A DNA stretch of 64,000 nucleotides from an uncultured Gemmatimonadales bacterium (GCA_963809895.1 CAWELD010000010.1:288001-352000), one strand, 5' to 3'. Counted from the stretch's first letter, positions 1 to 9,886 are shown. Numbers and translations are program-made. The notes: generated by a model from the sequence alone, not told the origin.

Positions 1-89
1 CGCTCCGGGCGCACCTGGACCGCGAGACGGAGGCGCGAGCGCGGGCCGCCGAGGTGCGCGACGCCGGGGCGGAGGACGCCGAGGCATGA
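1..89 (+). CDS. 3' end of an unidentified CDS (partial)
   Basis: Frame 3 reads LRAHLDRETEARARAAEVRDAGAEDAEA with GC-rich third positions and stops at TGA 87-89, convergent with the next gene. Confidence 0.45.
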   Translation, partial: LRAHLDRETEARARAAEVRDAGAEDAEA

Positions 90-93
90 AGAG

Positions 94-738
94 TTACCCG
101 CCGCCCAACCTCAGCCCCACCGTGAGCCATGGCGTGGTCAGGTCCGAGCCCCGGATGCGACCGGGGCCCTCGACCTGATAGACGATACGGTATCCCAGGG
201 AGACGTCGAGGGCGACGGGGCCGGTCCGAAACACCTCCACGGCGAGGCCGGGCTCCACGATCCCCAGGGTCTCGGAGCCCACGGTGGTGCCCACGACCAG
301 ATCCCGCAGCGTGGCGACGCCGGCCCCCACCAGGACGCGCGCCTGTACCGGGACGGGTGCCTGGGGGATCTCGAGCTCTGCGGTGATCCCTCCGTAGCCC
401 AGACTCAGGGTCCGCTCGGGCCCGGTGCGTTCCGGAGCGTCGTCCACGGCCTTCAGAACCCGATAACCGCCGCCGCCCAGCCAGAGCCCCGGGAGGATGC
501 TCACCAGGGCGCGCCCCCCCGCCAGGAAACCCGGGCGGTCGACGAGCCGGGCCCAACGCAGGTCCAGCTCGAGAATGGCGCGCGCGCGGTGTTCGGCGTC
601 GGCCGCCGTGGCGGAGTCGGCAGGGACCTGGCCACGGGCACTCCCGGGGGCCGCCAGTAGCGCGACCCCCAGGAGCATCTCCAGCGCGAGGCGCCGGATC
701 AGCCGCCGGTCCGTTGCCCGTCGCGGCATGACCGCCAC
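94..738 (-). CDS. Secreted hypothetical protein, probable small outer-membrane beta-barrel
   Basis: Signal-like segment (MLLGVALLAAPGSARG-Q), alternating Gly/aromatic beta-strands and C-terminal WLTVGLRLG. Start uncertain (738 or 729). Confidence 0.6.
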   Translation of the reverse strand: MAVMPRRATDRRLIRRLALEMLLGVALLAAPGSARGQVPADSATAADAEHRARAILELDLRWARLVDRPGFLAGGRALVSILPGLWLGGGGYRVLKAVDDAPERTGPERTLSLGYGGITAELEIPQAPVPVQARVLVGAGVATLRDLVVGTTVGSETLGIVEPGLAVEVFRTGPVALDVSLGYRIVYQVEGPGRIRGSDLTTPWLTVGLRLGGG

Positions 739-1178
739 TCGGAGGCTTCACCGGTTCGAGGATCGGGCGGGAGCGTGCGGCGCGCCCGCGGCATCCGGTC
801 CGGTGCGTCGGCGGCCATGTACGCCAGCATGGCCGTGAGCACCGCGTTGGACCGCACCTCGTCCAACACGAGCTTGTCGAAGGTGTCTCGGTTCGTGTGC
901 CAGGTGTACGTGCCGTAGTTCTCGAGCCTGGCGTCGATGCCCCAGCCGTCGTAGGTGGCGACGGCCCAGGCCTGCGCGGCCTCGGACTGCGGTGAGCCGG
1001 TAAGACGCGGGCCCAGCGAGTCCATGAGGGTCTGGGCCAGCGCCGGCACCTCGGAGCGCTGCATCCCCTCGGTCCAGATGCCCTGCAGGACCGGATCTTC
1101 GGTGGCGAAATCCTGGGCCGCGAGGGCGGGGGTGCCGAGCAGGAGCGCGGCAAGCCCGTACCGGATGGCGCGTGACAT
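699..1178 (-). pseudogene. M28-family (carboxypeptidase Q-like) peptidase with the central region deleted in frame, 159 aa
   Basis: RBS AAGGAGA before ATG 1178 and a signal peptide. N-terminal LMDSLGPRLTGSP...WGIDARLENYGT is joined directly to C-terminal YTWHTNRDTFDK...LAYMAAD. The metal-ligand core and PA domain are missing. Confidence 0.75.
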
Positions 1179-1373
1179 GTCGTGTCTCTCCTTCCGTGGG
1201 TCGTACCCGGGGAACAGCGGTGGGAGGACCCTGCCCCGACGTTCGTGGGCCAAGTATACAGGACGCGGACAGGTGCGGACATGGGGACTGCGCCTTCGTC
1301 TCCGAAGTGGTAGGTTGCGCCGCTGTAGCTCCGAGCGAGCTCCGACCAGTTTCTCGTCCTCGCCCCCCGCGCC

Positions 1374-2042
1374 ATGCCGTCGACCACCCGTCGTTCGCAA
1401 CTTCGCCCGCGCACCCGTCGCATCGCGCGGCACGGTCTCCTCGCCGTGGCGTGCGCCATCGCGGGTTGGCTGGTCACCGTGGCCCTGGCACCGTCGAACC
1501 GACTGTTCCAGTTGAGCATGGCGTCGGCCTACGTGGGATTGACGCTGTGGGCGGCGACGCTGTTGCTCGGTCCCTGGAACGTGCTCCGTCGAGCCCCCAA
1601 CCCCGTGAGCACGTATGTGCGCAGGGACGTGGCCATCTGGGCGGGGCTGGTGTCGCTGTTCCACGTCGCGGTGGGGCTGCAGCGGCATATGTCGGGGCGC
1701 TTCTGGCAGTACTTCGTGTTTCCCGACGGACACGGCCCACTCCTGGGCCTCCGCTACGACGCCTTCGGCCTGACGAACTGGCTGGGGCTGGCGGCGACGC
1801 TCGTGCTGCTGGTGCTGCTGGCGCTCTCCAACGACGCGGCGCTTCGCACGCTCGGAAAGCGCCGCTGGAAGTTTCTGCAGCGCTGGAGCTATCCGGCGTT
1901 CGCGGCGGTGATCCTGCACGGCTTCGCGTTCCAGCTCATCGAGAATCGTGCGGTGGCCTGGATCGTCGTGGTGGGGCTCGTCCTGGTGGTCGTGCTGGTG
2001 GGGCAGCTCGCCGGGTTTCGGAGGGTCGCGAGCCCGGACTGA
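1374..2042 (+). CDS. Ferric reductase-like transmembrane protein (MsrQ/YedZ-like)
   Basis: Multiple TM helices; RRDVAIW...FH, LALSND...LGKRRWKFLQRWSY...LHG pattern. Confidence 0.75.
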   Translation: MPSTTRRSQLRPRTRRIARHGLLAVACAIAGWLVTVALAPSNRLFQLSMASAYVGLTLWAATLLLGPWNVLRRAPNPVSTYVRRDVAIWAGLVSLFHVAVGLQRHMSGRFWQYFVFPDGHGPLLGLRYDAFGLTNWLGLAATLVLLVLLALSNDAALRTLGKRRWKFLQRWSYPAFAAVILHGFAFQLIENRAVAWIVVVGLVLVVVLVGQLAGFRRVASPD

Positions 2043-2057
2043 GTGGGGCCGGATGCA

Positions 2058-2087
2058 GAAAGGGGGCCCCGCCGAAGCGGGACCCCC
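2058..2087 (-). terminator. Intrinsic terminator of the 2115-3020 gene
   Basis: Minus strand GGGGGTCCCGC-TTCG-GCGGGGCCCCC then TTTC: an 11-bp stem with a C(UUCG)G loop between convergent genes. Confidence 0.75.
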
Positions 2088-2114
2088 GATCCTCAACCGG
2101 TCAGGTGCGTTGCG

Positions 2115-3020
2115 TCAGTCGTCGCAGTGGCCGGGACCCGTGGTGCCCTCGTTGAAGTCGGTGAGGGCCGTATTCAGGGCGCTGGTCTCGCTGGGCGAGA
2201 GATAGCCACCACCCACCGGCGGAACCACCAGGTCGCCGATCATGGCATCGGCGGCCGCGATGTCGGGATTGACCTCCGGGAAGCCCCAGGTGTTCAGCTT
2301 GGCGGCGATGAGCTGCGTGGCGAGCGAGATCAGGCCGTTCCCCCTGGTGGGGGCGTCCATGATGCTCAGGAGCTCTTCCTTCGTGTAGCTCACGTCACCG
2401 AGCATGAAGCCGCCCTCGGTGCCGGCCGGCCAGGCGTCGGGATCGAACTTGCCGTTGTGCTTCATCTCGCCGGCGTGGGTCTTCCAGAAGCCCTGCGTGA
2501 GGGTGCAGAACTCGATGGGCTCCAGCTTGTTGAAGTAGGTCACCACGGAGCCGTGGAAGGCGTTGCCGCCGACGGCCGCCTCGGCGCCGTTGATCGAGTA
2601 CGAGAGGGGAGAATTGACCTCTACCTTGTCGAGCGTCACACCCGCCGGAAGGTTGACTTCTTCCACGGTCACCGTCGTCACTGGATCCACCTCTGGGTCC
2701 TGGGCGGGTCCGGAGGCCCAGACCTGGACGCAGTCGCCGGGGTCCAGGGAGAACGACGCCCCGGCGCTCAACGTGCCGTTGGCGGCCCCGCTCTGGGAGA
2801 CCGTGAAGTCGTATGTACCGGCTGGGCTGTCGGTATCCTTGCAGACCCAGACCTGGGCCGAAACCGGGTCGTCACCCACCTGGATGTCACTGGCACGGAC
2901 TGTCCCAACGGCCTCGGGAGTCGCCACCGGCGAGGTGGGCTCGGAGCAGGCCGCGGCGAGAATGAACGTCGACAGGATCGCACCCCGGATCACACCGGGA
3001 CGCAGGTTCGGGAGGGACAT
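2115..3020 (-). CDS. Hypothetical lipoprotein with a C-terminal TQGFWKTH-motif domain
   Basis: Lipobox ILAAAC, acidic beta-rich body, CTLTQGFWKTH and QLIAAKLN motifs, strong codon bias. Confidence 0.75.
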   Translation of the reverse strand: MSLPNLRPGVIRGAILSTFILAAACSEPTSPVATPEAVGTVRASDIQVGDDPVSAQVWVCKDTDSPAGTYDFTVSQSGAANGTLSAGASFSLDPGDCVQVWASGPAQDPEVDPVTTVTVEEVNLPAGVTLDKVEVNSPLSYSINGAEAAVGGNAFHGSVVTYFNKLEPIEFCTLTQGFWKTHAGEMKHNGKFDPDAWPAGTEGGFMLGDVSYTKEELLSIMDAPTRGNGLISLATQLIAAKLNTWGFPEVNPDIAAADAMIGDLVVPPVGGGYLSPSETSALNTALTDFNEGTTGPGHCDD

Positions 3021-3221
3021 GGATGGAACCCCTTGCTTGGGAGGGAGAAGCGGTCGGGCCGCGGTTCAGTCTTGAAGAATCCTTGAAGGAATCGTGCCGG
3101 ACGAAGTGTGGCGGAATTCCGCGGCATTTTCCGTCCGCTCTGTGGTAGGCGCGCAGCAGTTCTGTTGAAGTCACGCGACGTTGTGGTGCACGTGCAGCAC
3201 CGAAGCGCCGCGGACCTCCCG

Positions 3222-4208
3222 CTACTGGCCGAGGCCTACGCCGACCTGCTCGAGGATGCGGGCGACACCCAGCGTCTCCGTGGGCGATACCGGACTCTCC
3301 TCGCCGCACTCCGCGGCCAGGTGGAATCGCCGTACGAGCTCTCGCAGCCCTGGGTAGGCGGGCTCCCGCGTGGCGCCGCGCAGCAGGAGGTTGGCAGTCG
3401 CGCGGCCGAGCACACGGCCCGAAAGGACCAGCGGCCGGACGATCTTGGATGCCCGCGAAACGCCACCTCTGTCGATGACGGAGAACCCGTGGAAGAGATC
3501 GGCGTGTGCAGTGCCTTCGGTACCCAGAAGCTCCAACCCGGCCCGGGTCGGGCGCCCCGCCATGGACACCAGGATGTCGAACGAGGTGCGGTCCCGACTC
3601 CCGACGAGCCTCACTTCGCCCGGTGCGGTGCGGTGCACGCTCCAGACTCCGTCCTCGAGTGATCCGGGGACGAACGCGTGCGCCAGGGAGAGGAAGTGCG
3701 GCAGCACCTCGAGGGCCACGCGATCCCGCTCCGCGTCCGTCCGCTCCTCGGCGCCGGCCGAGCACACGGTTCCCCGAACATGGAGGATCGACCCGAGACT
3801 CGCGTCGCCGTCTCGCAGCAGGCGCAGAACGCCCCGCTGGAAGGGAAACTGGTGGACCGGAGCCAGCAGGCGGTTTGCCGAAAGGGCGGCCTCCAGCAAG
3901 GACCTGGTGGTGCGCAGATCTTCGGCCAGGGGTTTCTCGACCAGGACGTGCCGGCCCTCGGCCAGGGCACGCATGGCCAGCGGTGCGTGTGTTCCGGCAG
4001 GTGTGCAGAGATGGATGACAGGCGCCGACAGCGCCTGCAGGGCCTCTTCGAGCCTCTCGAAGGAGCGAGCACCGCGGTGGCGGGCGGCCAGGCGCTCGGC
4101 TCGCGCGACATCGGGATCCACGACGCCCAGCACGTCGCCCCCGGTGCTCTCCACGGCGTGGGCGTGCCAGCGGCCCATGAGGCCGGCGCCCACCACGACG
4201 GCGTCCAT
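3222..4208 (-). CDS. Gfo/Idh/MocA family oxidoreductase
   Basis: VVVGAGLMGRWH Rossmann motif, HLCTP, HVLVEKP. Alternative start at 4259. Confidence 0.85.
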   Translation of the reverse strand: MDAVVVGAGLMGRWHAHAVESTGGDVLGVVDPDVARAERLAARHRGARSFERLEEALQALSAPVIHLCTPAGTHAPLAMRALAEGRHVLVEKPLAEDLRTTRSLLEAALSANRLLAPVHQFPFQRGVLRLLRDGDASLGSILHVRGTVCSAGAEERTDAERDRVALEVLPHFLSLAHAFVPGSLEDGVWSVHRTAPGEVRLVGSRDRTSFDILVSMAGRPTRAGLELLGTEGTAHADLFHGFSVIDRGGVSRASKIVRPLVLSGRVLGRATANLLLRGATREPAYPGLRELVRRFHLAAECGEESPVSPTETLGVARILEQVGVGLGQ

Positions 4209-4233
4209 CAGACCCGGGACCCCGTACGGCCAG

Positions 4234-5340
4234 TCACGACCGGGCGCCCAGCGAGACATCGGTGAGGCCCTTCGCCTCGTCCGAATCCAGGGCGAGCCGC
4301 CGGCCGGTAGCGGCGGCATGGTAGCAGGCCACGATCACCTCCAGCACGTCGCGCCCCCAGCGCCCGTCGCTCGGCGGCGCGCCGCCCTCGCGGAACGCCG
4401 CGAGTGTTTGCTCCAACACCGAACGCGTCGCGAAAACCATGGGGTCTCTGGGATTCCGGGCCAGCACCCGCCGTCGGCCCGACTCTTCCTGCCACGCCAG
4501 CCCGGAGGCCCCCAGCTCGAGCCGTACATGGGGTCGGGTCGAGCGGAAGAGCCCGGCGCTCACGCGGGCGCGGCCACCGAACGAGGCACGCAGGGACGCA
4601 GTCCGCGTATCGGCCCGTACCTCGAAGTACTGACGCTCGCCCTTGCAGACGCGATTCTGCACGAGGTTGGCGAGGCGTCCTCCCGAGAACTCCAGGGTCG
4701 CCACCACGACGGCGTCGGATCCCTCGGCTGTCACGGCACAGTCCGACGTCAGCGCCTGGACGGCCCGGGGTTGCTCTCCGAACAGCGCCATGAGGTAGTC
4801 GATCTGATGGACACCGGCTTCGAAGAGGGTGCGGTGCAGCATGCCTCCGCGCCATCCGCCTTCCGCCGACGGCGGGAGATCGATGAGCTGCCACGCCTGT
4901 GCGAAGACCACGTTCCGACCCTCGCCGGCGGCCGCCCGCAACGCCTTGAAGATCGGCATCTCCCGGAACTCGTGGTTCAGGGCGACTTGCCGGTCCGCGG
5001 CGCGGGCTGCGTCGAGAATGCGGTCGGCTTCCGCCAGGCTGCAGACGAAGGGCTTCTCACAGATCACGTGGGCGCCTGACGACAGCGCCCGCACGGCATG
5101 GTCCAGATGGGTCTCCGGTGGCGTGGCGACGATGACCACGTCGGGGTCCGCGTTCTCGAGCATGCGGGCGACGTCGTCGAACACCGGGACTCCCCAGGTC
5201 GAGGAGGCTCGCCGGCGCATGGCCTCGGAGACGTCGCATCCCCCGACCACCTCGATGCCGTCAAGCCCCGCCAGGGCAGGAAGGTGGAGCGTGTGACCGG
5301 CCTCTCCCAGGCCGATGATGGCGACGGTGTCGACGGACAA
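4234..5340 (-). CDS. Gfo/Idh/MocA family oxidoreductase
   Basis: AIIGLGEAG, VATPPETH, HVICEKP, EAGVHQID. Start uncertain (TTG 5340). Confidence 0.85.
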   Translation of the reverse strand: MSVDTVAIIGLGEAGHTLHLPALAGLDGIEVVGGCDVSEAMRRRASSTWGVPVFDDVARMLENADPDVVIVATPPETHLDHAVRALSSGAHVICEKPFVCSLAEADRILDAARAADRQVALNHEFREMPIFKALRAAAGEGRNVVFAQAWQLIDLPPSAEGGWRGGMLHRTLFEAGVHQIDYLMALFGEQPRAVQALTSDCAVTAEGSDAVVVATLEFSGGRLANLVQNRVCKGERQYFEVRADTRTASLRASFGGRARVSAGLFRSTRPHVRLELGASGLAWQEESGRRRVLARNPRDPMVFATRSVLEQTLAAFREGGAPPSDGRWGRDVLEVIVACYHAAATGRRLALDSDEAKGLTDVSLGARS

Positions 5341-5425
5341 GCCCGACTCCGGTGTTGAGGGTGACGCCAGGACGCGACCACGTGCGCGCCGGCGGCGCTG
5401 AAGGTAGACGTGGAGGCCTGCTCTG

Positions 5426-7012
5426 TCAGGCGGGACCGTCTCCAGATTCCTCCGACCCAGCCGAGTCTCCCGGGCCGTGTCCGTCGCCACGCCGCAAGAA
5501 CCGGCCCAGGTCCCGCCAGTCCTGGCGGCTGAGGAAGAGGGCGAGGATCCCCGTCGCACCGATCCAGAAGGCCAGCTTCCAGGCCACGGTCCCCCAACTC
5601 AGCCCCGGGAGCGCGCTCGCCAGCAGGCCGCTGGCCGCCAGCACCACGAACACGTAGAGCGACAGAGCCGCGAGGCGCCGAGGAACCTCCACCCGGTAAC
5701 GCCACCCGAGATACGACAGGGTCCCCACCAGAAGCACCATCTGCGCCGCGAGTCCCGCCAGGGCGGCGCCGGTGATCCCCAGCGCGGGAATCGTGAGCAC
5801 GGCCACGCCGTACATGGCGACCTGCGCCAGCGCGTTCTGCGTCACGTAGAAGACGATGTGCTCCATGGCGATCAGCACCGCCTGGTAGGCTCCCACCGCC
5901 AGCGCCAGGACCTCGACGGTGACGAAGAGCGCCACAAAGGAGGCACCCGGCGTGAACTCGGCCGAGTAGAGGATCCGGATGGCCAGCCCAGAGAACAGGA
6001 CCAGTGGTGGGACGACCCCTCCGACGAACAGAAACAGCGTCTTCTGGAACTCGGTTGCGCGCTGCAGTCGGTCCTCGAAGGCACCAGCCCGGTTCACCAG
6101 GGGTGTGAGGAAGACCTGGCTGGCCGCCCCCAGGACGCTCCGGACGGCCAGCGAGAGCCCGACCGCTGCCTGCATGTACCCCGCCGCCTGGTTCCCCTGG
6201 GTGCTCAGAACCTGGTAGAACACGGAGTAGGCTACCGCCGGCGCCAGAAACGCGGAGGGGAGCAGGAGGAGGCAGAATCGCCACACCCGCGGGGGCAGGT
6301 AGCCCACGATGCCGGTACCGAAGGACACCGCCGGCGCCCCTCCGGCCGCTCCAGCGCTCGCCGGCTCCGGGCGTGCCGGTGCAATCGGGACTGGGCGGCT
6401 CCGCTCCGCGTTCCGTCGGGCGCGTCGCTGCACCCGCCAGAGGACGACGAAAACCAGCGCACTCCCGAGGACCGCGTAGACGCCGTACATGCCCCGGAGC
6501 CCCCACAGGGCCACCCCGCTCAACGACGCTGCCGCGAACACCACCGCGTGCAGAAGGAGGAAGAGCATCGCCCGATTGTGCGCGAACGAGCTCGCGACCG
6601 TGTTCTGCAGAAAGGGTACCAGCGCCACCACGGGGAGCCCCGCCAGCGCCAACGTCGCCAGCACCCGGTCGCCGGCCACCTCGGTGCCCAGCATGGTCGG
6701 TGACCACCAGGTGAGCGCCACGCCCGCCGTCAGCGCCACCCCGACCAGGAGCAGCAGCACGTTCTTCATGCGCCGCAGCAGCTCGTGGTATTGGTCGCGG
6801 CGCTCGTGCCAGAGGGGCGACAGGTATCGCAGGGCGGCGAACGGCAGCGACAGGGAGGCGGTCTGGGCGAAGACCGCCACCAGACGATCCAGCGCAGCCA
6901 TGAGACCGAACTGCTCGGGCCCCAGAAGGAGGGCGAGCCCCTTCGTCCGGAGCATCAAGACGAACATGGCCGCGAACTGCAGCGCGCCCACGGAGATGAG
7001 CACTCTAAGCAC
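5426..7012 (-). CDS. Oligosaccharide flippase (Wzx/MOP family)
   Basis: About 14 hydrophobic segments, ALLLGPEQFGL N-terminal motif, LIPALGITGAALA-like motif, glycan locus context. Confidence 0.8.
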   Translation of the reverse strand: MLRVLISVGALQFAAMFVLMLRTKGLALLLGPEQFGLMAALDRLVAVFAQTASLSLPFAALRYLSPLWHERRDQYHELLRRMKNVLLLLVGVALTAGVALTWWSPTMLGTEVAGDRVLATLALAGLPVVALVPFLQNTVASSFAHNRAMLFLLLHAVVFAAASLSGVALWGLRGMYGVYAVLGSALVFVVLWRVQRRARRNAERSRPVPIAPARPEPASAGAAGGAPAVSFGTGIVGYLPPRVWRFCLLLLPSAFLAPAVAYSVFYQVLSTQGNQAAGYMQAAVGLSLAVRSVLGAASQVFLTPLVNRAGAFEDRLQRATEFQKTLFLFVGGVVPPLVLFSGLAIRILYSAEFTPGASFVALFVTVEVLALAVGAYQAVLIAMEHIVFYVTQNALAQVAMYGVAVLTIPALGITGAALAGLAAQMVLLVGTLSYLGWRYRVEVPRRLAALSLYVFVVLAASGLLASALPGLSWGTVAWKLAFWIGATGILALFLSRQDWRDLGRFLRRGDGHGPGDSAGSEESGDGPA

Positions 7013-7033
7013 GGCGAGCCCCTGCCCAGCCGA

Positions 7034-7987
7034 TCATGACGGGAGACCCATGGCGCGGAGTGTCTCGTCCAGGCCGACGCCCAGGGGGGTGGGGTCGAAC
7101 CCCAGCAGGGCCCGAATCCTGCCGATGTCCACCCCACGGTTCACCCGACGCCTCGTGAGTCGTTCCAGGCGCGGCGTGGCGAGACCGGCCGCCGACGCCA
7201 GCGATGCGCCGAGACCCGCCAGGGGTGCGGTCCAGCCCGGTAGCCGCAGGTGGCGCGGCCCTCGCCCGAGTCGCGCGCCGATCTCGTCGATGAGCTCGAC
7301 GTAGGCGAGGGGGCGCTCACCGGCCACGTTCAGAAGCAAGCCCGGCTCCAGGTCCGCTACCAACACGAGCTCGATGGCCGACACGACATCGGCGACGTAG
7401 GTGGGGTGCACGAGAACCTCGGCGGGTCCATGGAGCCAGACCCGTTTCCGGATCACCTGTCGTACCAGCGCCTCCGTGGCCTCGCGACCGGCACCGTAGA
7501 CGCCGGTGGGGCGAAGGACGACCCAGTGCAACGGAGATCCGGTCAGGGCACCTCGAAGCGCCTCTTCAGACTCCAGCTTGGATCGTTCGTAGGCGGTCTC
7601 GGGAGAGGGCGGATCGGTCTCGAGGAAGAGGCGGCGGGACGCGCCACTCCCGTAGACACCGGCGCTGCTCACGTGGATGAACCGGCGCACCCCAGCGGCG
7701 CGTGCCGCGTCGGCGAGGGCTGCGGTGCCATCGACGTTGATCTCGGTGAGGAGCCCGGCGTCGTGATCACCGACGGCCGCGGCGAGATGCACCACGCAGG
7801 TGACGTCGGTCACCGCCCGCTCGAGCGACGGTGGATCGCGAAGGTCGCCCACCACCTCGTCCACCTTGCGAGGTCCACCGGTGCGGCCGCCCCGGCGCGC
7901 CAGGACGCGCACCCGCTCTCCACGGGCGTGCAGACGGCTCACCAGGTTGGTGCCGATGAACCCTCGGCCGCCCGTGACCAGGATCAT
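7034..7987 (-). CDS. NAD-dependent epimerase/dehydratase (extended SDR)
   Basis: MILVTGGRGFIG, VHLAA, SSAGVYG, YERSK, LRPTGVYG. ATGA overlap with the upstream radical SAM gene. Confidence 0.9.
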   Translation of the reverse strand: MILVTGGRGFIGTNLVSRLHARGERVRVLARRGGRTGGPRKVDEVVGDLRDPPSLERAVTDVTCVVHLAAAVGDHDAGLLTEINVDGTAALADAARAAGVRRFIHVSSAGVYGSGASRRLFLETDPPSPETAYERSKLESEEALRGALTGSPLHWVVLRPTGVYGAGREATEALVRQVIRKRVWLHGPAEVLVHPTYVADVVSAIELVLVADLEPGLLLNVAGERPLAYVELIDEIGARLGRGPRHLRLPGWTAPLAGLGASLASAAGLATPRLERLTRRRVNRGVDIGRIRALLGFDPTPLGVGLDETLRAMGLPS

Positions 7988-9585
7988 GCGGAGGAGGCCG
8001 GAGCCTCCCTGGGCTTGGGCTTGGTGGTGGTCCGCGTCGTGGCGGGCCCCCGCTTGGCGGAGCGGAGCGTCAGGCGTAGCGCGGCCGACCCGAGGTGGTA
8101 GAAGACCCAGCCCGCGGATCGAGAGGACATCTCCGCGAGGCGCCGCATGAGGCGATACGGAAGGTCCTTGCGAGCCTCGTTCTTCAGGACGCCGCGGCGG
8201 TTGATGAAGTTGCGCTGCAGGATCTGCGCGAAACGGTGCAACAGGTGGACCTGCGAGGGCGTCAGGTTCTCGTTGCCGATGGAGCCCTCGTGGCTGCTCA
8301 CGATGCGGTAGTGATCGGCCGGAATCAGGTCTTCGTCCACGGCCCAGTCGTACAGGCGTGTGCCGATGAAGGGCGTCGCCACCGTGAACTGGGTCCAACT
8401 GGCGCGCAGGCCCAGGGCGAAACGAATGGTGGAGAGGATCGTGTCCACGGTATCGCCGGGCAATCCCACCACGAAGAAGGCGAAGGTCGAGATGCCGTGC
8501 TTGCGGAAGTACCCCACCGTCTCGACGAACTGCTCCTCGGAAATCGGCTTGCGCTCGGCGTTCTTCTGGATCTGCGGATCACTGCTCTCGACCCCGAAGT
8601 TGACGCCGGAGCATCCCGCGCGGGCCATGAGCTCGATGGTGGGCTCGTCCAGGCAGTCGATCCGCGTTTCGCAGCGCCAGCGCACCGTGATCCCGCGATC
8701 GATGATCTCCTGGCAGATGCCCGCCACTCGCTTCTTGTTGGCCGAGAACAGGGGGTCGCGGAACAGGAGGTATTCCACCCCGAAGTCCCGGACGAGATGC
8801 TCGATCTCGTCGACGACGTTCTCAGGTGAGCGATATCGCCACTTGAGCCCCTGACCCACCGGATAGGGACAGTAATTGCAACCGAAGGGACATCCGCGCG
8901 AGGTGAGGATGGGCAGAAAGCGCATCGTGCCGGCGACGCTGGACTTCGGCATCCGGTACTGATCCAGCGGCATGAGGTCCCAACGCGGGAACGGGATGGA
9001 ATCCAGGTCGCGCCGGAAGTCACGCGGCGCCGTTCGCCGCCAGGCTCCGGTCTCGTCCCGGAAGGCCAGGCCCTCCACCTCGGCCATGGGCTTGCCCTGC
9101 AGTAGCTCCAGGACGGTGAGGTCCGGCTCTCCGACCACGGCGCAGTCGATGGAGTCGTCCTTGCCGATGCGCTCCATGAGCGAGCCGACGACCGGGCCGT
9201 AGAGGACGATGCGGGCCTCGGGGAAGCGTTCTCGGAGGGCACCACACACCTCCAGGTCCCAATCGATGGTAGGGAGAGAGGTTCTGAGGACAAGGAAGGC
9301 ACCTGCCCCTGCTCCTGCGTGGCCGACCTCCTCCACGAGCCGTTCCTTCGTCCAGTCTCTGGCCCCGGCCTCCAGAACCGCGATGCCTTCGCCTGCTTCC
9401 GAGAGCACCGCCGCGAGGTAGGGTAGGTCCAGCGGTGGAAAGTGGGTCGCGCCCTTGGGAAAGAGCTGCCCGAACCCACCCATGGAGTCCTTGTTCGAGA
9501 CGTATCCCGGAGGACTGGGAGGGTTGATGAGCAGCGCCGTGGGGGGGTCGCCGTGGCGCACGGGCACGTCGGAAGGGTCTGGCAT
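7984..9585 (-). CDS. B12-binding-domain radical SAM protein
   Basis: LLINPP...PPLDLPYLAA N-terminal domain; TSRGCPFGCNYC (CxxxCxxC); RSPENVVDEI; AGC...FGVES; VGLPGDT. Confidence 0.9.
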   Translation of the reverse strand: MPDPSDVPVRHGDPPTALLINPPSPPGYVSNKDSMGGFGQLFPKGATHFPPLDLPYLAAVLSEAGEGIAVLEAGARDWTKERLVEEVGHAGAGAGAFLVLRTSLPTIDWDLEVCGALRERFPEARIVLYGPVVGSLMERIGKDDSIDCAVVGEPDLTVLELLQGKPMAEVEGLAFRDETGAWRRTAPRDFRRDLDSIPFPRWDLMPLDQYRMPKSSVAGTMRFLPILTSRGCPFGCNYCPYPVGQGLKWRYRSPENVVDEIEHLVRDFGVEYLLFRDPLFSANKKRVAGICQEIIDRGITVRWRCETRIDCLDEPTIELMARAGCSGVNFGVESSDPQIQKNAERKPISEEQFVETVGYFRKHGISTFAFFVVGLPGDTVDTILSTIRFALGLRASWTQFTVATPFIGTRLYDWAVDEDLIPADHYRIVSSHEGSIGNENLTPSQVHLLHRFAQILQRNFINRRGVLKNEARKDLPYRLMRRLAEMSSRSAGWVFYHLGSAALRLTLRSAKRGPATTRTTTKPKPREAPASSA

Positions 9586-9886
9586 GATCTGGTGCCTTGG
9601 ATCGGGCGGGGAGCAATTTCAAACATCAACCCCGCCCGTTCTGGGTGTCAAGCAAGCATTTTCAGGCCACTCCAGGGCAGAACCCGACTCGGAGGCCGAT
9701 GTGGGACATGGCGGGTCCACGAGAAGCTTGACCGCGACGCGTGTGGTGCCGAGCCTGGAAGTGACCCCCTTTTCGCGCCCTCCCACCGAGACCCTCACCG
9801 GCCTGACCCCCGACGACGCCCACCTCGTGGGGTCGTTGCGTCTCGAGCCCACCGCATCCTCCCCCCCACCTCGAGCACCGTTCTGC

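Noticed and set aside
7034..9585. Hopanoid modification genes (hpnA/hpnJ)
   Set aside because: Only fold-level resemblance. There is no squalene-hopene cyclase or other hpn gene, and the context is a Wzx glycan locus.
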